Below, piece by piece: positions 1-9,718 of a DNA stretch of 64,000 nucleotides (position 1 is its first letter; each line of letters begins with the position of its first letter). The notes beneath the pieces are model-generated. The model was given only the letters and a program-made list of their open reading frames with translations, did no database searches and was not told the DNA's origin. The position numbers and the translations under genes are program-made. The stretch comes from Pseudomonadota bacterium (GTDB taxonomy: Bacteria > Pseudomonadota > Gammaproteobacteria > Burkholderiales > Chitinibacteraceae), in the NCBI GenBank assembly GCA_018261735.1, contig JAGTRM010000008.1:21595-85594 (forward strand). The letters run 5' to 3'.

Positions 1-1
1 A

Positions 2-233
2 AGAGCCTATCCCATTAGGCGGCTGCGCCTTCGCATCTGGCAGTCCCACAGGGATTTGCTGCGCGGCATCGGGCGGTGCTCGGAACACCCCAAGGGTGCT
101 TCCTGCGGGGCGTCCTCATGTACTCACATGTACATTCCGGTTCACCCCAAGGGTACTTCCTGCGGGGCGCCTGTGCTCCGTCCTCCTGCCACCTGCTTTG
201 GCTCGCTCGCCTACTGGGATAGGCTCTAACAGC
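2..233. mobile_element. MITE-like non-coding element with terminal inverted repeats
   Basis: AGAGCCTATCCCATTAGGCG at 2-21 is the reverse complement (19/20) of 214-233. The interior has a 27-bp direct repeat CACCCCAAGGGTRCTTCCTGCGGGGCG at 86-112 and 143-169, around CATGTAC-TCA-CATGTAC. No credible ORF. Confidence 0.5.
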
Positions 234-376
234 GGATGCCTCCCGGCCAAGCGAATGGCCTACTTGGATTTATAGCCAGCCCCCCGCCTACCGAAAGCTC
301 TTTGTCGCAATGGGCCGATGAGGCGTACCCGCTAGATGAACCGGTCGCGCTGGCCCCCCGTACCGCAGAGGTGCGC

Positions 377-937
377 ATGAGCACGCTTTCAGGAAAACGT
401 ACCTGTTTATACGATACGCCCCAACTGGTTGATATCGTGAACGATATGGCACGGCAGGCCGCTGGGCTCCTTGCCGGGCGCAACAAGGTGGCAGTCATCG
501 GCATTCGCCGACGCGGGGTGCCCTTGGCGGACCGGCTCACTGCCGTGCTGGCAAGCCAATATCACCTTGCCGCGCCACTGCGCCTTGACCTGGCGATCAA
601 GCGTTATGCCGACGATCTCTCCCTGCTCTACCCCGAAACCAGCCTGACCGAAGAGTTGCAGCTGGCAAAGCAGGACTTGAGCGGCTACACGTTGCTGGTG
701 GTCGATGATGTGCTGTATACCGGGCATTCGCTGCTCAGGGCCGTGGAATACCTGGCATGCAAACAGCCCGCTGAAATCCGCGTGGTGGCCCTGGTCGATC
801 GCGGCGCAACGCGGCTGCCCGTGCGCACCGACGTGGTCGGCATGCGGCTGGATGTCGCACCGTCGGACATCATCGAATGCCATGTCCCGCCCTATGAGCC
901 TGAGTTCAAGATCGTGCTGTTACAGCGCCGGGGTTGA
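377..937 (+). CDS. pyrR: PyrR-type phosphoribosyltransferase (pyr regulator / uracil PRTase family)
   Basis: ORF 236..937 trimmed to ATG 377 (MSTLSGKR..). PRPP-binding motif LLVVDDVLYTGHSL. 186 aa is typical for PyrR. Confidence 0.8.
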   Translation: MSTLSGKRTCLYDTPQLVDIVNDMARQAAGLLAGRNKVAVIGIRRRGVPLADRLTAVLASQYHLAAPLRLDLAIKRYADDLSLLYPETSLTEELQLAKQDLSGYTLLVVDDVLYTGHSLLRAVEYLACKQPAEIRVVALVDRGATRLPVRTDVVGMRLDVAPSDIIECHVPPYEPEFKIVLLQRRG

Positions 938-2056
938 ATGGCCAAGGAGAAATCTATGAAGGATGCGAGGCACCAAGACTCAGCCGGCGCAGTTCAGGCC
1001 AAGCCTGCTGCCGGGCGGAGCCACACCTCCCGCACTGGACGCATGGCACAGCGCCACGGCACCGACGCACACAATGACAACGAGGAAATCGGTTCAAGAC
1101 CCGCTGAAACGGCTGGCCGCTATCTGCTAGCCAGCGTGCCGCGCGCCAATATGGATCAGACCGTAGAGGAGGTCATCACCGATCTGCTGTCGCGCAAATA
1201 TGATTGCCTCGATATCGTCTGCGTGCTCGATGTCGATGAAAAACTGGTCGGAATCATTCCGCTAGCCAGCCTCTTCCCTCTGCCGCGGGAAACGCGAATC
1301 GGCAGCGTGGCCCACGCCAACTATCCCAAGGTCCATGCGACCACCGATCAGGAGCGCGTGGCATCGCTCGCCTTGCACCACGCGCTTAACGCAATACCGG
1401 TCATTGATGCCAAAGGGCATTTACTGGGCATCGTGCCCCCGGCCGCGCTGCTCCATATTCTCAGACGCGAGCATGTGGAAGACATCCACCGCTTCGCAGG
1501 TATAACCCGTGAAACCCATATGGCACGAGAGGCCATCGAGTCAGCGCCCTTGTACCGGCTGCGTCACAGACTTCCCTGGCTACTGGCGGGGCTCGTGGGC
1601 AGTGTTTTGGCCACGTTCATCATGGTGCGATTCGAGACCGCCCTTTCGGCGAGCCCGTCCATCGCCTTCTTCGTGCCCGGCCTGGTCTATCTCGCCGATG
1701 CCATCGGTACCCAGACCGAAGCGGTCGCGGTACGTGGCCTTTCCCTGAGCCAGGTACGGCTCGGGCTCTTGGTCGGCGGCGAAGTCCGCACGGGTATTTT
1801 GATTGGCCTTGTGCTGGGCGGACTAACGTTTCCTGGCGTATGGCTGGCATTTGGTGACCTCAATCTCGCACTTGCCGTGTCAACCGCGCTGATCGTGGCC
1901 GGCGGAATTGCAACCACACTTGGCCTGTTCCTGCCTTGGTTGCTCGGCCGTCTTGGCAGCGACCCGGCATACGGCAGCGGCCCGCTGGCGACCATCATCC
2001 AGGATCTGCTGACCCTGCTGACCTACTTCATCCTCGTCAGCGCGTTCATCATGTAG
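938..2056 (+). CDS. MgtE-family divalent cation transporter (CBS pair plus MgtE membrane domain, no obvious MgtE_N domain)
   Basis: CBS-like region followed by an MgtE-type TM domain (LADAIGTQTEAVAVRGLS). The ATG abuts the pyrR stop (TGAATG). The first ~60 aa are low-complexity, so the true start is uncertain. Confidence 0.75.
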   Translation: MAKEKSMKDARHQDSAGAVQAKPAAGRSHTSRTGRMAQRHGTDAHNDNEEIGSRPAETAGRYLLASVPRANMDQTVEEVITDLLSRKYDCLDIVCVLDVDEKLVGIIPLASLFPLPRETRIGSVAHANYPKVHATTDQERVASLALHHALNAIPVIDAKGHLLGIVPPAALLHILRREHVEDIHRFAGITRETHMAREAIESAPLYRLRHRLPWLLAGLVGSVLATFIMVRFETALSASPSIAFFVPGLVYLADAIGTQTEAVAVRGLSLSQVRLGLLVGGEVRTGILIGLVLGGLTFPGVWLAFGDLNLALAVSTALIVAGGIATTLGLFLPWLLGRLGSDPAYGSGPLATIIQDLLTLLTYFILVSAFIM

Positions 2057-2195
2057 CTGCCACACGACGCCGTGCGCCTTTTCCAAAACAAGATTCATTT
2101 CGCTTTAGCCGAGAACCAACCCCTTTTATACCGATCAAAGTCAGGTATCAAAGTTGGAAATACCGGTTTTTCCACCTCATCCGGAGGTACGGGCG

Positions 2196-3224
2196 ATGAG
2201 CAGCGACGAACTCAACGCGGTGGCATGCGCCATCGTTGCAGGACACAAAGGGATACTGGCGGCGGACGAAAGCGGATCGACGATCAAGAAACGCTTCGAT
2301 TCAATCAAGCTGGAATCGACGGAAGAAACGCGCCGGCGCTACCGCGAGTTGCTTTTCACCACCGAAGGCATCGAATCCTTTATCGGCGGCGTCATTCTCT
2401 ATGACGAAACGTTGCGCCAATCCACGCACGACGGTATGTCTTTTGCCGAACTGCTGTTAAAACGCGGCATCGTCCCCGGCATCAAGGTCGATCAAGGCGC
2501 CAAGCCATTGGCGTTGCACCCCGGAGAGAAAATCACCGAGGGGCTGGACGGTTTGCGCGAACGCCTGGCCGAATACAAATTGCTGGGCGCGAAATTCGCC
2601 AAGTGGCGCGCCGTGATCGAAATCGACGAGCGGGATATTCCGACCCGCTACGGCATCCACGCCAATGCCCACGCCTTGGCACGTTATGCGGCGCTCTGCC
2701 AGGAGGCGGGCATTTTGCCGATCGTAGAGCCGGAAGTGCTGATGGATGGCGAACACGACATCGCGCGCTGCGAAGCGGTAACGTCGCAAGTACTGGAAGC
2801 CGTGTTTACCGAACTGTCGGCGCATCGCGTGCGGTTCGAGGACATGTTGCTCAAGCCCAACATGGTGATCGCCGGCAAGAAATGCGCGCAGCAGGCCAGC
2901 GTGCAGCAAGTGGCCGAAGCCACGCTGCGCTGCCTGAAGCGCTATGTACCGGCAGAGGTTCCCGGCATCATATTCCTGTCCGGCGGCCAAAGCGCGGAAG
3001 ATGCCACCGACCACCTGAACGCGATGAATACGATGGGGCCGCATCCGTGGCCGGTCAGTTTCTCATATGGCCGCGCACTGCAGGCACCGGTACTGGCCGC
3101 ATGGCAGGGGCAGGAAGACAATGTCGCAGCGGCACAGAAAGCGCACCTTATGCGCTGCCGGCTAAACAGCCTGGCATGCGCAGGGGAATACGCGCGCACG
3201 ATGGAAGGCCCCGATCACCCGTGA
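2196..3224 (+). CDS. fba: Fructose-bisphosphate aldolase, class I
   Basis: ILAADESGSTIKKRF and LLKPNMV motifs of class I aldolases. GGAGG lies 8 nt upstream of ATG 2196 (ORF track start 2154 rejected). Confidence 0.9.
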   Translation: MSSDELNAVACAIVAGHKGILAADESGSTIKKRFDSIKLESTEETRRRYRELLFTTEGIESFIGGVILYDETLRQSTHDGMSFAELLLKRGIVPGIKVDQGAKPLALHPGEKITEGLDGLRERLAEYKLLGAKFAKWRAVIEIDERDIPTRYGIHANAHALARYAALCQEAGILPIVEPEVLMDGEHDIARCEAVTSQVLEAVFTELSAHRVRFEDMLLKPNMVIAGKKCAQQASVQQVAEATLRCLKRYVPAEVPGIIFLSGGQSAEDATDHLNAMNTMGPHPWPVSFSYGRALQAPVLAAWQGQEDNVAAAQKAHLMRCRLNSLACAGEYARTMEGPDHP

Positions 3225-3277
3225 TGAGTACCGGATGAGGCCCGCAAACGGCACGCCAGGTTCTGTTGATTTACCAC

Positions 3278-4459
3278 CTAAGCAGGTTTGATGCGCTCGC
3301 CATTGCCGACAATCAGCGACGCGATGACAAGAAGAATCGCGCCGCCTACAAACGTTGCGCCAATCGAGACATGGTCTAGAAGCAGCCCACCGAATGCGGC
3401 GCCCAGCATGATCGAAAGCTGAATTGCCGCGACAATCAGTCCACCGCCGTTTTCAGGGTCGTCGTGGATGCCTTTGGCGATCCAGGCGGACCAGGCCACC
3501 GGAATCGCGGAATTCAGCGCGCCCCACGCGATCATTGCAATCGCTACGCCCCAAAATACAGTTCCCGTCGCCAGTAGGCCAAGCGTCACCACGCTCAGGG
3601 CCAAGGGCAGCCAGCGCAGCAGCCGGTAAAGATGCTTCCCCAGCGTTGAACTGGCGCCGCTGGTGCCGATGAATCCGGCCAGTCCCAGTCCGAGCAGCAG
3701 GAAAGACAACTGGAGCACGCTGACATGGGTGCGCATTTCCAGAAAGGGGCGTAGATAGGTGAAGGCGGAAAACGCCCCGGCGAAAGTAAACATGACGCCT
3801 GCCATGGCATAGGCCACATTGCGCCGCTTCAGCAAACACAGAATCCCGCCTGTCGCTTTTTCTCTTTGCGGCGGCATGGCGGGCAGGCTGATCCATTGCC
3901 AGACGAAGTTCAGCACGACCACTGGGGCAAGCAGCCAGAAAACGCCCCGCCAGCCGATCATCCCGCCCAGATAACTGCCAAGCGGCGCGGCAAACGCAGT
4001 GGCGGCTGCATTGCCCGTGTACATTACGCCCAACGCTTTCGGTACCGACCGCGCCGGAACAAGGCGCATGACCGTCGCGGTCGCCAGCGACCAGAAGCCG
4101 CCAATCACAATGCCCAATAACGCGCGCGCCAGCATCAGGACTGTGAAACTCGGCGCTTCAGCGATCAAGAGCAACGAAGCCAGCATCACGATAGTCAGCC
4201 CCATCAGCACATGGCGGCGATCGAAGCGGGAGGCGATGCTGACGATAGACAAGCTGCTGATTACCGCGAACAAGCCGGAAATTGAAATGGCCAAGCCGGC
4301 CATGCCGTCCGTTGCGCCCAAATCGGAAGCAATCGGCGTCAGCAAGCTTACCGGCATGAATTCGGCGGTAATCAACATCGCCACGCACAGCGACATTGCC
4401 CCGATCGCGCTCCAGTTTTGCCGATCGCTGTGGGCGATCGGCAGGGTTTCAATCGACAT
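3278..4459 (-). CDS. MFS transporter (drug/purine-nucleoside efflux-like)
   Basis: 393 aa, about 12 hydrophobic helices, MFS_1-like loop motifs. Confidence 0.85.
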   Translation of the reverse strand: MSIETLPIAHSDRQNWSAIGAMSLCVAMLITAEFMPVSLLTPIASDLGATDGMAGLAISISGLFAVISSLSIVSIASRFDRRHVLMGLTIVMLASLLLIAEAPSFTVLMLARALLGIVIGGFWSLATATVMRLVPARSVPKALGVMYTGNAAATAFAAPLGSYLGGMIGWRGVFWLLAPVVVLNFVWQWISLPAMPPQREKATGGILCLLKRRNVAYAMAGVMFTFAGAFSAFTYLRPFLEMRTHVSVLQLSFLLLGLGLAGFIGTSGASSTLGKHLYRLLRWLPLALSVVTLGLLATGTVFWGVAIAMIAWGALNSAIPVAWSAWIAKGIHDDPENGGGLIVAAIQLSIMLGAAFGGLLLDHVSIGATFVGGAILLVIASLIVGNGERIKPA

Positions 4460-4501
4460 CTCTTCTATCCTTCTACAACGGTACGGGTAGGTTGTTTCGC
4501 A

Positions 4502-6052
4502 TCACAATTCACTCGCCGCCTTATTGGATTGGACAGGCTCGATCGTTACCTTGGCCGTCCCTTGAAAGGTCAGTGCGTCCATGCCGGAATCGATTTGTCC
4601 CAGCTTGACCAATCCTGCGGAGTAACCAAAGTCCTTGTAGTAAATCGCCAGATTACCCCACGGAGCATAGTAGGCAATGTCGCCCACCGCCGGATCGATG
4701 CCGCGAGGCGCATCTGCCGTTGATAACTTTCGCGACAGATAACTGATCTTCTCCGTGCCCGCGTGATCCTCAAGCGAGATGGTCAGCGGCAACATGGAGT
4801 AAAAATCCCTGGCGCTTGCGCTATCGGCCAGCGTCGCCAGCATCACCTTGCCATTGATGGTCATCCGGATTTTCATGATTTCAACTTCCTGTTGTGCTGC
4901 CATTTTCTTGATCTCCGACTTCGGGTGGCTGTTTTCCTCTCGATCGCGCCACCAATGGGAAAAGCTTTGCCTCTCGTTCAAATTGGCCACCTGCCCGATG
5001 GCGGGCGTCAAAAGCCGGTAACTCTTCCCCTCGCTCGCTGCCACGATGCGCTCCATGGGCTCGTCCCAAGCGTGGTTGGCAATCGAAAACTTGCCGATAT
5101 GTGCCGGCATCAGCGCTTTGGCTCCAAGATCCTGTGCGGCCCGTGCGGCTTCTTCGGGAACCATGTGGATATTGGCCCAGCGTTTGTCGTACTGCCCCAT
5201 ATCCAGCACCGCCAGATCAAACCCGCCGAACCGTTGGCCTATGTCGGCGAAGTGCGCGCCATAGCCGCTATCCCCGCTGAAGAAAATCCTGCGGCCAGCG
5301 GCCTCGATGGCATAGCCGGCCCACAGGGTCTTGTTTTTATCAAACATGCGCCCGGAATAATGGCGCGCCGGCAGGACATGCACCGCAAAATCCGGTGTCA
5401 GTGGCAATGAAGAAAACCAGTCGGCTTCGTGGATCTTCCTGGGGGCGTAGCCCCACTGTTCGAAGTACGCCCCCACGCCCAGCCCGCAAACCACCTGTCT
5501 AACCCGGGATTCGAGCGCGATCACGCTGGGATAATCCAGATGATCCCAGTGGTCATGCGTGATCAGCAGATAGTCGATGTCGGGCATGTCGTCGGCCGTA
5601 TAGGCATTGGCGCCGTCGAATGCTTCATTTGCATAGGGAACCGGCGCGGCATCGGCGCTGAATACGGGATCGATCAGTATTCGCTTGCCGCCAAGCTGTA
5701 CAAAATAGGAAGAGTGCCCAAGCCAGACCACCACGTCGGTTTTGATGTCCAGCGCCTTCAGGTCTGTCTTGGCGACAGGCACGGGATGGCCAGGTTTCAA
5801 ACGTTCTTTTTTGTTCCACAGGCTGGACAAGATGATCGATACGGAACTGCTGTCATCCGTGAGCACGGGGGTCGGGACCAGGTTCTGGAATTGTCCATTC
5901 ACGAAGTTCGGCGATTTCTCGATTGCTTCCAGCCGCTTGCCATCGGGAGCCGAGCCAAACTTCGGCTGATGAAGATAAGTGCAGGCGCCGATAGCCAGGC
6001 AGCCAATCAGAACCAACAGGAAATAAACCATGCTGCGCAACGGCGATTTCAT
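4502..6052 (-). CDS. Lipoprotein: MBL-fold metallo-hydrolase fused to a C-terminal cyclophilin-like domain
   Basis: Lipobox LAIGAC. MBL motif ITHDHWDHLD. The last 124 aa (MKIRMTINGKV..GDIAYYAPWGNLAIYYKDFGY) look like a stand-alone cyclophilin-like family protein. There is no stop between the two parts, and an internal ATG at 4876 follows AGGAAG. Confidence 0.8.
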   Translation of the reverse strand: MKSPLRSMVYFLLVLIGCLAIGACTYLHQPKFGSAPDGKRLEAIEKSPNFVNGQFQNLVPTPVLTDDSSSVSIILSSLWNKKERLKPGHPVPVAKTDLKALDIKTDVVVWLGHSSYFVQLGGKRILIDPVFSADAAPVPYANEAFDGANAYTADDMPDIDYLLITHDHWDHLDYPSVIALESRVRQVVCGLGVGAYFEQWGYAPRKIHEADWFSSLPLTPDFAVHVLPARHYSGRMFDKNKTLWAGYAIEAAGRRIFFSGDSGYGAHFADIGQRFGGFDLAVLDMGQYDKRWANIHMVPEEAARAAQDLGAKALMPAHIGKFSIANHAWDEPMERIVAASEGKSYRLLTPAIGQVANLNERQSFSHWWRDREENSHPKSEIKKMAAQQEVEIMKIRMTINGKVMLATLADSASARDFYSMLPLTISLEDHAGTEKISYLSRKLSTADAPRGIDPAVGDIAYYAPWGNLAIYYKDFGYSAGLVKLGQIDSGMDALTFQGTAKVTIEPVQSNKAASEL

Positions 6053-6099
6053 CTTAAAAAATCCTCTTCAACGCAGAGTACGTTCAGAACTTCGGCCAG

Positions 6100-6133
6100 C
6101 CCAACAAAGCAGAAACCCCGGGCTGGCCCGGGG
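6100..6133 (-). terminator. Putative intrinsic terminator of the alpha/beta hydrolase gene
   Basis: CCCCGGG-N4-CCCGGGG stem, followed on the minus strand by TTTCTGCTTTGTT. Confidence 0.45.
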
Positions 6134-6170
6134 AATCCTGCTTGTCGAGGCGGGTCGACCGGCTGGGTAC

Positions 6171-7256
6171 TTACTTCAGATTTTTCGCGAAGAACTCCGC
6201 CATCTTGTCGAAGGGGATCTTGCCCGCCTGGTTGTCATACAGATCGATGTGACTTGCACCTTTCACGATCAGCAGCTCTTTCGGTTCTGCTGCGGCCGCG
6301 TAGGCGGTTTCGCTGAAGTAGCGCGAATGCGCGTTCTCACCATGAATCAACAACAGCGGGCGCGGCGAGATTTCCTTGATGTAGGTGAGGATCGGCATGT
6401 TCATGAATGACAGTGGCGTGGTCTGCGTCCAGGAATTGCCGGAGTTGACCGCACGCGGGTGGTAGCCGCGTTTTGTCATGTAGTAGTCGTGGTAATCAAC
6501 CATGAACTGCGCTTCGCCCCCCTTCAGTTTGTTGTAGGCCGGCTGGTAGGCCGGCGCGCCATTTTCCGCATCCTTCCAGCGCTGTTGACCCAGTTGCTCC
6601 AGGCCCTTTGTGCGCTGCTCCAGGGTTACGCTGTCGTTGTAACCCTTGGACGAGACACGGGAGATGTCATACATGGTACTGGCCAGGACGGCCTTGATGC
6701 GCTTGTCCACGGCCGCCGCGTTCAATGCCATGCCACCCCAGCCGCAAATGCCGATGATGCCGATGCGTTCTCGGTCGACCGAAGCTTGCAGGCCGAGGAA
6801 GTCCACCGCAGCGCTGAAGTCTTCGGTGTTGATGTCGGGGGAGGCAACATTGCGCGGCTCGCCACCACTCTCGCCGGTGTAGGACGCATCAAAAGCCAGC
6901 GTGACAAAACCACGCTCAGCCATCGTCTGCGCATACAGGCCGGATGATTGCTCCTTCACTGCACCGAAAGGCCCACCCACGGCCAATGCGGCCAGGCGCT
7001 GGTTGCCGCGGCTCTTCGGCAGATACAGATCGGCTGCCAAGGTGATGCCATAGCGATTCTTGAAGGTCACTTTCTGATGATCGACCTTGTTGCTTTTCGG
7101 GAAGGTTTTGTCCCATTCCTGGGTCAGGCTCAAGGCATTGCCCGTGGTTGAAGCAGGATTCGTCTGCGCCAGAACGGCAGGTGCGCCAACGAATAACGCG
7201 GCAGAGGCGACGATGGCGCTCTGGATGAATTTCTTGCGGGAAAGCAGCGTGCTCAT
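6171..7256 (-). CDS. Secreted alpha/beta-fold hydrolase
   Basis: N-terminal signal peptide (..APAVLAQ). Nucleophile-elbow context GICGWGG. Dienelactone-hydrolase-like length. Confidence 0.8.
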   Translation of the reverse strand: MSTLLSRKKFIQSAIVASAALFVGAPAVLAQTNPASTTGNALSLTQEWDKTFPKSNKVDHQKVTFKNRYGITLAADLYLPKSRGNQRLAALAVGGPFGAVKEQSSGLYAQTMAERGFVTLAFDASYTGESGGEPRNVASPDINTEDFSAAVDFLGLQASVDRERIGIIGICGWGGMALNAAAVDKRIKAVLASTMYDISRVSSKGYNDSVTLEQRTKGLEQLGQQRWKDAENGAPAYQPAYNKLKGGEAQFMVDYHDYYMTKRGYHPRAVNSGNSWTQTTPLSFMNMPILTYIKEISPRPLLLIHGENAHSRYFSETAYAAAAEPKELLIVKGASHIDLYDNQAGKIPFDKMAEFFAKNLK

Positions 7257-7296
7257 TTGGGTTTTCTCCTGGTTGTGGATACTAAAAATCGAGTGA

Positions 7297-8445
7297 TCAC
7301 AGCGCGTTTTTCAGAATGACCGTCACCACTTCCGGGGTGTAGGTCTCGGTAATGCCGAAGATGCGCACGTTCTTCTGTACGTTTTCAACAATGGCCGGCA
7401 GATCGGTTTCCTTGATGCCAAGTTGCGGCAGGCGCGTCGGCGTGCCGATCTTGTTGTACCAGCCCTGCAGCGCGGCAATGCCCTGCTCGCTGGATTCAAC
7501 ACCAAACACGCTCTTGGCAAAGCGCTCGAACTGGGCCGGGTTGCGGCCGGCGTACCACTTCATCCAGGCCGGGACCACCACCGACAGGCCGGCGCCGTGC
7601 GGTACGTTGAACAGTGCAGAGAGCGAGTGCTCGATGGCGTGGTTGGGGTAGCTGAAACCTGCGGCACCGGAATAGGTTAGGCCGTTCAGCGCCAGGGTCG
7701 CGGCCCAGGCGAACTGGGCGCGGGCGTCGTAGTCGGCCGGGTCGGCAAGCAGCGCCTCGGTGGTCTCGATCACCGTGTTGATGAGGGTTTCGACCAGGCG
7801 CGATTGCAGCTTCGGGTGCACGGTCGCGGTGAAATAGGCCTCGATCAAATGCGCAATGACATCCGAAGCGGAATAAACCAGGTAGTCGCGCGTCACCCCC
7901 TGCATGAGCGCAGGATTGACGATGGATACCCTGGGGAACAGGGCCGGATTGCTGATGAAGAATTTCTCTTTGGTCTCATCGTTGGTGACCACCGCGCCCG
8001 GGTTCATTTCACTGCCAGTCGCGGCGAGCGTCAGGATCGCGAACAGGGGCAGTGCAAATTCGATCCGGGCCTTGCCGACAAACAGGTCCCAGACATCACC
8101 GTCATGGAGAACGCCGGCAGCAATCGCCTTGACGCTGTCAAGCACGGAACCGCCGCCGACACTCAGAATGGCGTCAACCTGATGCGCCCGCGCCAAGGCA
8201 ACGCCCTCGCGCACCTTCGAGATGACGGGGTTGCTGACGATGCCACCGAGTTCGACCCATTCGATGCCTTTCTCGGCAAGGCTCTTGCCGACGAGGTCGA
8301 AAAGCCCTTCGCGCTTGATGCGCTCGCTGCCGTAGCAGAGCAGCACCTTCTTGATGCCGTGCCCGGCCAAATGCTGGCCGATCAATTGTTCCTTGCCGGT
8401 GCCGAATTCGATTTTGGTCGGATTGAAGTAGGTGAAGTTTTCCAT
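7297..8445 (-). CDS. Iron-containing (group III) alcohol dehydrogenase, YqhD/butanol-dehydrogenase-like
   Basis: Trimmed to MENFTYFNPTKIEFG (ATG at 8445). GGGSVLDSVKA and HAIEH metal/NAD(P) motifs. 382 aa. Confidence 0.85.
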   Translation of the reverse strand: MENFTYFNPTKIEFGTGKEQLIGQHLAGHGIKKVLLCYGSERIKREGLFDLVGKSLAEKGIEWVELGGIVSNPVISKVREGVALARAHQVDAILSVGGGSVLDSVKAIAAGVLHDGDVWDLFVGKARIEFALPLFAILTLAATGSEMNPGAVVTNDETKEKFFISNPALFPRVSIVNPALMQGVTRDYLVYSASDVIAHLIEAYFTATVHPKLQSRLVETLINTVIETTEALLADPADYDARAQFAWAATLALNGLTYSGAAGFSYPNHAIEHSLSALFNVPHGAGLSVVVPAWMKWYAGRNPAQFERFAKSVFGVESSEQGIAALQGWYNKIGTPTRLPQLGIKETDLPAIVENVQKNVRIFGITETYTPEVVTVILKNAL

Positions 8446-8598
8446 GCAGCAGACCTTTGAAAAAGTTGAGCTTGTGCCCATAGGTCGCCATTTTTCACGT
8501 CTTGCCTTGTCAGCCGATAGAATATTCCTACGCATTTATTGCCTGATCCTCCGCCATGACGGACTGGCTTGTGACGCCGAGGGTTCGCGCGGAATATC

Positions 8599-9594
8599 AT
8601 GGGAACAGAAAATATCGAGGAGATCCGTATGCCAGTTCAAGAAAGGATGCCGCAGCCCCCTACTGCGCAACTTGGCCTCTTGCACCAGGGCTTGGCCGAG
8701 ATCATCGGGCGCTGGACCGTGGGAAAGGAGGACTGCTCGACCCCGATCCCGAACCTCGGCCTTTTCCGGCGCGAGGCCCCCACCCAACCCTGTGCCTGCA
8801 TCGTTGAGCCGAGTGTCGTGCTCGTGGTCCAGGGCGCGAAGCAACTGCTGGTCGGCGATCATGCCTATGCTTACGACACCGAGCGTTTCCTGATCAACTC
8901 GCTCGATGTTCCCGCCAGCTCGCAGGCGCTCGAAGCCAGCGCGGACAAGCCCTGCCTTGGGCTGGTACTCAAGCTCGATCTGCGCATCATGGCCGAGCTG
9001 ATCGCCCATAGCGGCCTGCAGCCGCCGCGTAATCGCGCTGACGAGGGAAGCTCGGCGCTCGGCACGATCACCCCGGCCTTGCTGGAGCCGTTCAGCCGCT
9101 TGCTGGCCTTGCTCGATGAGCCCGGCGCCATCGCCGTGCTCACTCCGCTCATCGAGCGGGAGATCTACTACCGCCTGCTGATGAGTGACCAATCGGCGCG
9201 CCTGTGGCAAATCGCCTCGGTGGGCAGCATGAGCCACCGGATTGCCAGGGCCATTGACTGGCTGAGGGCGAATTACGCCCAGCCGCTGCACATCGACGAC
9301 CTCGCGACCCATGTGCAGATGAGCCCGTCGAACCTGCATCACCATTTTCGCCAGCTCACCGCGATGAGCCCCTTGCAGTACCAGAAATGGCTGCGCCTGC
9401 ACGAAGCGAGGCACTTGATGCTCAACAAGCGCCTGGATGCGGCGAGCGCCGCGTTCCAGGTCGGCTACGAAAGCCCGTCCCAGTTCAGCCGCGAATACGG
9501 CCGCCTGTTCGGCGCGCCGCCCAAGCGCGATATCGAAGGCTTGCGCCAGCGGGCCGGTGACTCAAACACCTTGCAAGGATTGATCTCGGCCTGA
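8599..9594 (+). CDS. AraC-family transcriptional regulator (AraC_N plus HTH_18), divergent from the ADH gene
   Basis: C-terminal double HTH (SPSNLHHHFRQLTAMSPLQYQKWLRL..GYESPSQFSREY). Alternative start at 8629. The layout resembles yqhC-yqhD. Confidence 0.85.
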   Translation: MGTENIEEIRMPVQERMPQPPTAQLGLLHQGLAEIIGRWTVGKEDCSTPIPNLGLFRREAPTQPCACIVEPSVVLVVQGAKQLLVGDHAYAYDTERFLINSLDVPASSQALEASADKPCLGLVLKLDLRIMAELIAHSGLQPPRNRADEGSSALGTITPALLEPFSRLLALLDEPGAIAVLTPLIEREIYYRLLMSDQSARLWQIASVGSMSHRIARAIDWLRANYAQPLHIDDLATHVQMSPSNLHHHFRQLTAMSPLQYQKWLRLHEARHLMLNKRLDAASAAFQVGYESPSQFSREYGRLFGAPPKRDIEGLRQRAGDSNTLQGLISA

Positions 9595-9660
9595 CTTGTC
9601 GCAAAGAGCGTTACCTCCGCCATCGGGAAGAATCAGCGTAACCCGACGATCGTTACAGAG

Positions 9661-9718
9661 GCCGGTGATGTCGGATTACGCCCTGCGGGTTAATCCGATC
9701 TACCCGCCTGCCACCGGC
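9661..9718. repeat. REP-like nested hairpin
   Basis: Structure is GCCGGTG..TCGGATTA-CGCCCTGCGGGT-TAATCCGA..CACCGGC. It overlaps the last codons and stop of umuC. Confidence 0.4.
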
